Below are positions 54,949 through 61,733 of a stretch of 64,000 nt of DNA, piece by piece. The notes under the pieces were generated by a model. It ran no database searches, was not told where the DNA came from, and saw only the letters and a list, made by a program, of their open reading frames with translations. Source of the stretch: Bacillota bacterium (lineage in GTDB: Bacteria > Bacillota > Clostridia > Christensenellales > SZUA-584); the NCBI GenBank assembly GCA_023391105.1, contig JAEWBO010000025.1, forward strand, positions 92,335 through 156,334, in the 5' to 3' direction. How positions within the stretch are numbered: the stretch's first letter is position 1; each line of letters opens with the position of its first letter. Made by a program: the position numbers and the translations under genes.

Positions 54949-55824
54949 ATGATTGACATGAGCAAATGGGAACAAATCGCGGCGTCGCGTGTTCATGAGC
55001 GCACAGCTGCTCCCGGGCGGCTCTCGGGTAAGATTGCGGTCGTCACGGGCAGCGCGCAGGGGTTTGGCAAGGGCATTGCGGAAGGGCTCTACAGTGAGGG
55101 TGCAGTTGTTGTCATTGCCGATCTGAACGAACCTCTTGCCAAAACTGTGGCGGAAACACTGGGCGATAGGGCATTATCGGTTCGCGTGGATGTATCGGAC
55201 GAACAGAGTGTGGCGGAAATGATACAAAAGACGGTGGAGCGCTTCGGCGGCATTGATCTTTTTATCAGCAACGCGGGCGTGCTGAAAGCAGGTTCGCTGG
55301 ATGAGCTGGAGAAAAAGGATTTTGAATTTGTCACGTCCATTAATTATACGGCGTTTTTCACCTGCACCAAATATGCGTCGCGCATTATGAAAGCTCAAGC
55401 TGCTGCGGATAAGAACTGGAAGGGCGATATCATAGAAATCAATTCAAAAAGCGGGCTGGAGGGAAGCAATAAGAATTTTGCTTATGCAGGCAGTAAATTT
55501 GGCGGTATCGGGCTGGTGCAGAGCTTCGCGCTGGAGCTTTGTTCCTACAGAATCAAGGTGAATGCCATTTGCCCTGGCAATTATCTTGAAGGCCCGTTAT
55601 GGATGGACCCGGAGCATGGGTTGTTTGTCCAATATCTGCGCGCGGGCAAGGTGGCAGGCGCAAAAACCATTGAGGATGTCAGACGCTTCTACGAGCAAAA
55701 GGTACCCTTGCAGCGCGGTTGTCTGCCCATCGACGTGACCAAGGCGATTCTCTATGCCGTTGAACAGGACTACGAGACAGGTCAAGCCATACCCGTCACG
55801 GGCGGGCAGGTTATGCTGAGCTAG
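54949..55824 (+). CDS. SDR oxidoreductase, sorbitol-6-phosphate-dehydrogenase (SrlD)-like
   Basis: KIAVVTGSAQGFG...IEINSKSGLEGSNKNFAYAGSKFGGIGLVQSFALEL...KVPLQRGCLPIDV...TGQAIPVTGGQVM parallels SrlD (IQINSKSGKVGSKHNSGYSAAKFGGVGLTQSLALDL...KVPLKRGC...TGQSINVTGGQVM). Confidence 0.8.
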   Translation: MIDMSKWEQIAASRVHERTAAPGRLSGKIAVVTGSAQGFGKGIAEGLYSEGAVVVIADLNEPLAKTVAETLGDRALSVRVDVSDEQSVAEMIQKTVERFGGIDLFISNAGVLKAGSLDELEKKDFEFVTSINYTAFFTCTKYASRIMKAQAAADKNWKGDIIEINSKSGLEGSNKNFAYAGSKFGGIGLVQSFALELCSYRIKVNAICPGNYLEGPLWMDPEHGLFVQYLRAGKVAGAKTIEDVRRFYEQKVPLQRGCLPIDVTKAILYAVEQDYETGQAIPVTGGQVMLS

Positions 55825-55829
55825 CGAAA

Positions 55830-57137
55830 ATGGAGACAGCAATGCAAAATGATTTGATTGATCAGCTAAATGCAGACACAAAAGAAAAAAGACTCACGGC
55901 TGTGAGAGAACTTAAAAAACTCATCGGCAGCGGTGAGATACCGATGCCCGAGAAGCAAGGTTACACGAATAACCACGTGCATACGACGTATTCGTTCTCA
56001 CCGTACTCGCCCACGAAGGCGGTTTGGATCGCATTGGCAAGCGGATTGTCCACGGTCGGCATCATCGACCACGATGCAATTAACGGTGCGGAGGAGTTCA
56101 TCGAGGCAGGTGAAATATTGGGGCTGCCGACAACGATCGGTTTTGAGCTGCGCACCGATTGGTCGAATACCAAGCTCAGCGGCAAGCGCATCAACAATCC
56201 CGACCAGGTAAGCAGCGCGTACATCTGCGCCCACGGGCTGCCGCACACGCAGATTAAAAACGCGGACAAATATCTAAGAACTATCAGAACGGCACGCGAG
56301 AAGCGCAGCCGCGCCATCACCGCGAAGTTAAATGATATGATGAGACCTCACGGCATTGTGATTGACTACGATACGGATGTGATACCGTTATCCTGCGCGG
56401 CAGACGGCGGCGAGATAACCGAGCGGCACATATTGTTTGCGCTTGCGCACAAAATGATCCAAAAACACGGCAGGGGCCAGGCACTGATCGATTTTCTGAA
56501 AATACCGCTGGCCTTAAAGCTCAGCGATACGCAAAAGACCTTGCTCGGCGACACGCAATGCGATATCTATGCCTACGATCTGTTAAACGTGTTAAAAGGC
56601 GGCTTCGTCTCACAGATATACATCGATTCCACAACGGACGAAACACCGGATGTCAGAGAGGCCGTCAAGGCGATCAAAAGCTGGGGCGCGATACCGTCTT
56701 ACTGCTACCTCGGCGACGTGGCGGCATCACCCACAGGAGATAAGAAGGCCCAGACATTTGAGGACGCTTATCTGGAAGATGTGTTTGAGGAATGTAAGGC
56801 TATCGGTTTCAACGCGATTGCCTTTATGCCGTCAAGAAACACGATCGAACAGACGGATCGTGTGATGAAGCTATGCGATAAATACGGGTTTATGCAGATC
56901 AGCGGCGAGGACATCAACCAGCCGCGTCAGTCGTTCATATGCAAGCAGCTAAAGGATGAACGTTTCCTGCATCTGAACGATACGACATGGGCGTTGGTGG
57001 GGCACGAAAAGGCCGCATCACAAGATCTCCAAAACGGCATGTTTGCGGACGGGGCCCAATTAAGCCCCCGGCAGATGAATGAACGCATAGCGAAGTATAA
57101 GCATATCGGGCTCGAAGAGTCAGATATAAGTTGTTAA
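55830..57137 (+). CDS. PHP-domain (polymerase/histidinol-phosphatase-like) metal-dependent phosphoesterase
   Basis: NNHVHTTYSFSPYSPTKAVWIALASGLSTVGIIDHDAINGAEEF is the PHP HxH...DH signature. The ATG at 55842 has better RBS spacing than 55830. Confidence 0.7.
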   Translation: METAMQNDLIDQLNADTKEKRLTAVRELKKLIGSGEIPMPEKQGYTNNHVHTTYSFSPYSPTKAVWIALASGLSTVGIIDHDAINGAEEFIEAGEILGLPTTIGFELRTDWSNTKLSGKRINNPDQVSSAYICAHGLPHTQIKNADKYLRTIRTAREKRSRAITAKLNDMMRPHGIVIDYDTDVIPLSCAADGGEITERHILFALAHKMIQKHGRGQALIDFLKIPLALKLSDTQKTLLGDTQCDIYAYDLLNVLKGGFVSQIYIDSTTDETPDVREAVKAIKSWGAIPSYCYLGDVAASPTGDKKAQTFEDAYLEDVFEECKAIGFNAIAFMPSRNTIEQTDRVMKLCDKYGFMQISGEDINQPRQSFICKQLKDERFLHLNDTTWALVGHEKAASQDLQNGMFADGAQLSPRQMNERIAKYKHIGLEESDISC

Positions 57138-57143
57138 AGCATA

Positions 57144-57635
57144 TTATCCGACGTGGTCAAATATCTCATCGAACAGCTCGTCTCTGATTTCCAAGAGCCA
57201 CTTGCGTGCTGTCGAATAACCGATTCCCAGCACTTTGGCAATCTCCTTGAGCGTGAGCGTTTTTTGCATATACAGAAAAAACAGATTCTGTTTTTCCACA
57301 GGAAGCCTTCCGAGGTAAGTATGGAGCGTAAGCTTTAGATCACTGTAGTCGTTGGCAACGTCTTCTGACGCGGCTTCCGGCAACTGGTTGAGGAAAACCT
57401 GCGAGCCAAATCTGCGAAAATGATCATTCATGGTATTTGACGCAATGGAAAAAAGCCATGTTTTGGCATCCTTTTGGTGTTTGAGGTTATGAAAACTCCG
57501 CGCCGCCTTTAGCGCGGTGGTTTGCAAAACATCCTCCGCGTCATGCTGGTTATGCATGCGCGAAAAAAGATACTTGTATAGTGAGATATGGTATTGCTCC
57601 CATATCGACGCGAACAGCTCATAGTTGCTTTTCAT
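57144..57635 (-). CDS. ECF-type RNA polymerase sigma-70 factor
   Basis: Region 2 AEDVLQTTALKAARSF...TWLFSIASNTMNDHFRR. Region 4 LPVEKQNLFFLYMQKTLTLKEIAKVLGIGYSTARKWL. Start MKSNYEL at 57635, 4 nt after the upstream stop. Confidence 0.85.
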   Translation of the reverse strand: MKSNYELFASIWEQYHISLYKYLFSRMHNQHDAEDVLQTTALKAARSFHNLKHQKDAKTWLFSIASNTMNDHFRRFGSQVFLNQLPEAASEDVANDYSDLKLTLHTYLGRLPVEKQNLFFLYMQKTLTLKEIAKVLGIGYSTARKWLLEIRDELFDEIFDHVG

Positions 57636-57639
57636 ACGG

Positions 57640-58404
57640 TCAACGGTAGCGGCAGATTGAGTGCACAATTTGATCAAGCAGATCGGACGAAGCATTGTCA
57701 GCACGGACGATAATGCTTGTGTCGTCGGTCATGATGCAGCCAAAAAGAGTACCGTCGTCCTCAAGCCTGTGATAGAACGTGCCAAGCTCTGCTACTTCCG
57801 TTTTATCGAATTCGGCATCATTGAATTGATAGACGATGCTGCCGCTGCTCTGGATGGGTTCGGCGATGATTTGCACATGAGACACATCTGTCTTGTAGTT
57901 CAGGCAGATGATTTTGTCCTGAATGTACCCATCCGACAAAGAGAATACAGCGTTATCCATCGCAAAGATGCTGTGGCTGTAAAGCTTGTCCACTTCACTG
58001 AGGTCTTTGAAGACTTGTTTTTCACCAGATTCAATCTGGCTGGCATCCGGCGAAAAGCTGTGTGTGCTGTCTTTGATATCAAAGGTCACACCGGATTCGT
58101 TCTGTTCGGGAGAGAACCATTCTGCCACGGAATAGAAAACATCGCGCACGAAAGCTCTGGCTTCCCGTGAAAATGTCAGAAGCATGGCTATCGCTGTGAA
58201 CACGCCAAAAACGGCGGAAAACTTTGTGAGCGTGATTCGTCGCTGCTCCCTTTTTGATTCGTTGAGGCGGAGAATGATCGCGTCCTCATTGATGCCCAAA
58301 AAGTATTTTGGATCAGCCAAGGGAGCTGAGGCAGGCAGCGGGATATCCATTATGTGGGACAATCTCTCAAATTGCGGGTCTGTCTGAGAAAATACAATTT
58401 TCAT
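57640..58404 (-). CDS. Single-pass membrane protein, possible anti-sigma factor
   Basis: About 60-aa N-terminal segment, TM helix FSAVFGVFTAIAMLLTF, and an extracytoplasmic domain of about 170 aa. It is tightly linked to the ECF sigma gene but lies upstream of it. No zf-HC2 motif was seen. Confidence 0.45.
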   Translation of the reverse strand: MKIVFSQTDPQFERLSHIMDIPLPASAPLADPKYFLGINEDAIILRLNESKREQRRITLTKFSAVFGVFTAIAMLLTFSREARAFVRDVFYSVAEWFSPEQNESGVTFDIKDSTHSFSPDASQIESGEKQVFKDLSEVDKLYSHSIFAMDNAVFSLSDGYIQDKIICLNYKTDVSHVQIIAEPIQSSGSIVYQFNDAEFDKTEVAELGTFYHRLEDDGTLFGCIMTDDTSIIVRADNASSDLLDQIVHSICRYR

Positions 58405-58526
58405 GATTATTGACTCCTTTTACTTTCTATGTATATAAGACGTTTCAAAACACCAAAAGTGCTATCTATTTCATAAATATTTTACATTTTTTCTACTAAA
58501 AAGTGAAGAGCAAGCTTTGCGGGCAT

Positions 58527-58552
58527 AAAAAAAGGAGCGCAGAGGCTCCTTT
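58527..58552 (-). terminator. Rho-independent terminator of the hydrolase-lipoprotein operon
   Basis: The minus strand reads aaggagcc-tctgc-gctcctt followed by TTTTTTT. Confidence 0.75.
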
Positions 58553-58579
58553 GATAGATGAGTTATGTTTTACATAATG

Positions 58580-59224
58580 CTATTCTGTGGTTGCGGGCGT
58601 GCCCTCTGCCGGGTCTGTAGCCGTCGGTTCGGTGTTGTCAGTTGCAGCCGGATCAGGCGGGGATGTGGTGTCTTCTGCAGGTTCATCCCCAAAATCACCT
58701 TCGGCATTGTCCGTATCGCCGGTATCGCCCGTATCGTCTTCGGGAATCTGATCTTCGCCTTCGGCTGCCTCGATCACTTCACGTTTCATTATTGTGATGC
58801 TGGTATCGGGTTGAATGATGCGAAGCGTATCCGCATCGACAATTTCATAAGCGGTTTCAGCACTGTTTGCTGTCAGAATAAGTTGGTTGAGTGCCACGCT
58901 GTATGTGCCCTGACCGAGCACCTTGCCGTCCTGATTATACACAAAATATGTGCTGTCCGGCAGCAGCTCCAATATAAACCCTGCGCCGAGGTTTTGTTTT
59001 TCTGCATCGGTAACTGCCATGCCGTTCGAGTCGATAATCTCTGAAACATGCCAGTTTCCTGAGAAATCTGTCCCGGAAAAATCAGGCGTGGGTGTTGCTG
59101 TGGCCGTCGGAGCTTCGCTCTGCTCAACCGTGGCAGAGGGCGTAACCGTCTCGCCGTCACCCTTTGCGCATGCGCTGGAGATAAGCACCAAAGCCAGCAG
59201 TATCATCACAACAAGTTTCTTCAT
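58580..59224 (-). CDS. Lipoprotein with an acidic low-complexity C-terminal tail
   Basis: Lipobox LVLISSAC, a beta-rich core (FSGNWHVSEIIDSNGMAV...), and a D/E/T/P-rich tail (EDDTGDTGDTDNAEGDFGDEPAEDTTSPPDP...). Confidence 0.7.
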   Translation of the reverse strand: MKKLVVMILLALVLISSACAKGDGETVTPSATVEQSEAPTATATPTPDFSGTDFSGNWHVSEIIDSNGMAVTDAEKQNLGAGFILELLPDSTYFVYNQDGKVLGQGTYSVALNQLILTANSAETAYEIVDADTLRIIQPDTSITIMKREVIEAAEGEDQIPEDDTGDTGDTDNAEGDFGDEPAEDTTSPPDPAATDNTEPTATDPAEGTPATTE

Positions 59225-59259
59225 GTATCAGTCTATCTCCTCAATTAATCAGTGCTTCC

Positions 59260-61023
59260 TTAGAACACGCGGAACGCACAGATGAAGTTGCGCTTCGACC
59301 AAGAACCGGTAGAGCCACGCTTGACAACCTTACCCTTGCTGGATGATGCGTCGATCATCACACCGTCGCCCGCATATATGGCCACGTGTCCTTTGAAGAC
59401 GATAATGTCACCGCGCTGCATATCGCCCATATTATCGATCTTGGGGTATTTTGAGCTTTTCGCCCATGAGCCCGAGGTCATATAGCTTTGGTTAACGCCC
59501 ACCTGATTGAGGCACCAGTATACGAAGCCGGAGCAGTCAAATGAATTGGCGCCCTTCGCGCCGCGCACATACTTGCTGCCAATCTTGGACTCGGCTACAG
59601 AGATGAAAGAGTCTACATTTGCGCCTGAAACGTTTGCTGGGGAACCACCGCCGCCGGAGCTGCCGGAGCTGCCGGAGCCGCCCGAACCGCTCGAACCGCC
59701 GGAACTTGAACTGGCTGGCTTCTTATATTTTTTCGCGCCGTCTGACATCAGCGTGTTCATTGTTTGAGCGCCTACCTTGCCATCCGCCTTCAGCTTATTG
59801 GTGCTCTGAAAATTTTTCACAGCCGCATCGGTATCTGAACCGAAATAGCCCGTGACCTTTTTCGTATAGCCGAGCGCTTTAAGGCGTTCCTGCACACGCT
59901 GAACATCATCGCCCTTTGCGCCGATTGAAAGAGCGTTGCCCTGCGCGTCATCAGACATCAATGTGTCTTTGGTGGTGGGGCCGATATAGCCGTCCACCAC
60001 AAGGCCGCTGCTTTCTTGAAATCGCTTCACAGCTGCTTTTGTATCCTCACCGAACGTACCATCCGGTTCTGTCGTCAAATAACCAAGCTTTCTGAGACGC
60101 TCCTGATATTCAAGAATCTCGGGGCTCTTTTCGCCATACGCATACATATTGGGCTTGGCATCCTCAGAATAGAGCATTTCACGCGTGTCTTTGCCCACCT
60201 TGCCATCCTCCGAAAGCCCGTTGAGCTTCTGGAGCTTCATCACCGCGGCTTCGGTATCCGTGCCGAAATAGCCGGTGGTTTTGTCCTTGGCTAGATAGCC
60301 AAGCTCATAAAGGCGCAGCTGAAGCTCGTTGACGTCCGTGTCTTCCGCGCCTATGGTAATCGTGTAATACTTTGCTTGATCCGACATCAGCAGGTCATAT
60401 GTCTGCTGATCCACTGTGCCGGTTACGGGCAGCTCATGCTGCGCCTGAAAATGCTCGACGGCCAGCTTGGTGGTCTCTTCAAAAACATCACCCGGCTCGT
60501 CTTCATCCATATAGTCGAGCTCCATAAGCCGTGTCTGCAGGTCTGCCACCACGATGGCCTCTGTTCCCGGAGAAATGGATACCGGCTGGAACACCGGCAT
60601 CGCAAGCGATACCTTGGATTCAGGAGGTGTGGTGGGAATGGGCGGTGCATTGTTCGCCTTGACCATAAGGTTGTCCGCTTTTGCAGCGAGGGTATCCCCC
60701 GCGACTGCAACCTCGTTGTTCGAGACAGGTTTCGGGCCGCCAAGTGAAGTGACAAGTATCAAAGTCACTGCCACAACCACCACGGCGCCCGCGATGGCTG
60801 CCAAGCGTTTGACATTCTTAACGCGTAAAGCCCGCTTGCGTCCTGTTCGCTGCCGTGTGACCGCTGCAACAGGTGCCGCATTTCTTTGGCCTAAACGGCT
60901 CATCGGAATTGCTTCAGCCATACGCCTTATACTGCGGCGCAGTATAATACGCAAACGGGTCACCATCCGGCCTATATTAATACTTGATTTCTTCGCATGT
61001 CTCTTCATTCGTTCGCCTCTCAA
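59260..61023 (-). CDS. Cell-wall hydrolase: TM anchor + 5 PG_binding_1 repeats + Gly/Ser linker + NlpC/P60 domain
   Basis: Repeats of L..RL..LGY......G.FG.DT..AV..FQ...GL..DG.VG..T. Linker SSSSGGSSGSGGSGSSGSSGGGGS. Catalytic FDCSGFVYWC...GDIIVFKGHVAIYAGDG. An alternative ATG is at 61008. Confidence 0.9.
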   Translation of the reverse strand: MRGERMKRHAKKSSINIGRMVTRLRIILRRSIRRMAEAIPMSRLGQRNAAPVAAVTRQRTGRKRALRVKNVKRLAAIAGAVVVVAVTLILVTSLGGPKPVSNNEVAVAGDTLAAKADNLMVKANNAPPIPTTPPESKVSLAMPVFQPVSISPGTEAIVVADLQTRLMELDYMDEDEPGDVFEETTKLAVEHFQAQHELPVTGTVDQQTYDLLMSDQAKYYTITIGAEDTDVNELQLRLYELGYLAKDKTTGYFGTDTEAAVMKLQKLNGLSEDGKVGKDTREMLYSEDAKPNMYAYGEKSPEILEYQERLRKLGYLTTEPDGTFGEDTKAAVKRFQESSGLVVDGYIGPTTKDTLMSDDAQGNALSIGAKGDDVQRVQERLKALGYTKKVTGYFGSDTDAAVKNFQSTNKLKADGKVGAQTMNTLMSDGAKKYKKPASSSSGGSSGSGGSGSSGSSGGGGSPANVSGANVDSFISVAESKIGSKYVRGAKGANSFDCSGFVYWCLNQVGVNQSYMTSGSWAKSSKYPKIDNMGDMQRGDIIVFKGHVAIYAGDGVMIDASSSKGKVVKRGSTGSWSKRNFICAFRVF

Positions 61024-61733
61024 TCCTTGAATTTGTTGGTCTTAGGCAACGGACAAATCCGCCTCTTTATCAATACTTGCCTTCATTCTATCAGAAAAGG
61101 CGGCACACTGCAATACTTTTGTAACAAATACGTAAAGATTACGTCTTACTTTTTGCCAAGCTTGCCGTGTTCTCCCTGAGAGCGCTTATTCTGAACGTGA
61201 TATCCGGGTTCAATTAACGTCACACAGCTTATATTCTTTAAAATCAAGCCTGTTCTTTCAAATTTGAAATTAATCGAACAGGATATTTGCGCTCATGGAT
61301 TTTAAAACATGTTTTATGATAGCATTATACTATGCTGCGGCACAAATAAATAGGGGTTTTTGACAACCAACTTGCGCGATATTTATTTGCCGGATAAAGT
61401 TGCGATATTGTTGGTTAATGTTATATAATAGCACAAAATGTGATAAAAATAACAAACGGTCAATTGCACATGGGGTTTCGATTAGACTCATTGCAAGGCT
61501 AAAAAATACTATCAATACATTGACACCACCAATCACACCACAGCTTCGGCCGTTGTCGATATATATTTTTGATGCCCTTTCGTAAAGATTATAATGAAAA
61601 TATTGAAGAGTTTGCTTCATATATAGCAATACTCATATTATATGAACAATTTTAGAAAATAATAGTTAGTCATATTAAGACATGGTTTATCTATACAACC
61701 GGAGACGGAATCTGAAGGGGTTTTGAGCGGACG

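Noticed and set aside
59600-59720. Nucleotide repeats ccggagctgccggagctgccggagccgcc... that could look like a repeat array
   Set aside because: They are the antisense of the Gly/Ser linker (SSGGSSGSGGSGSSGSSGGGGS) of the NlpC/P60 hydrolase. This is low-complexity coding sequence, not an array with spacers.
61330-61629. 99-aa minus-strand ORF in the long AT-rich spacer
   Set aside because: It has no RBS, no recognisable family and codon usage dominated by the AT-rich background. It is kept only as a remark in a low-interest finding.
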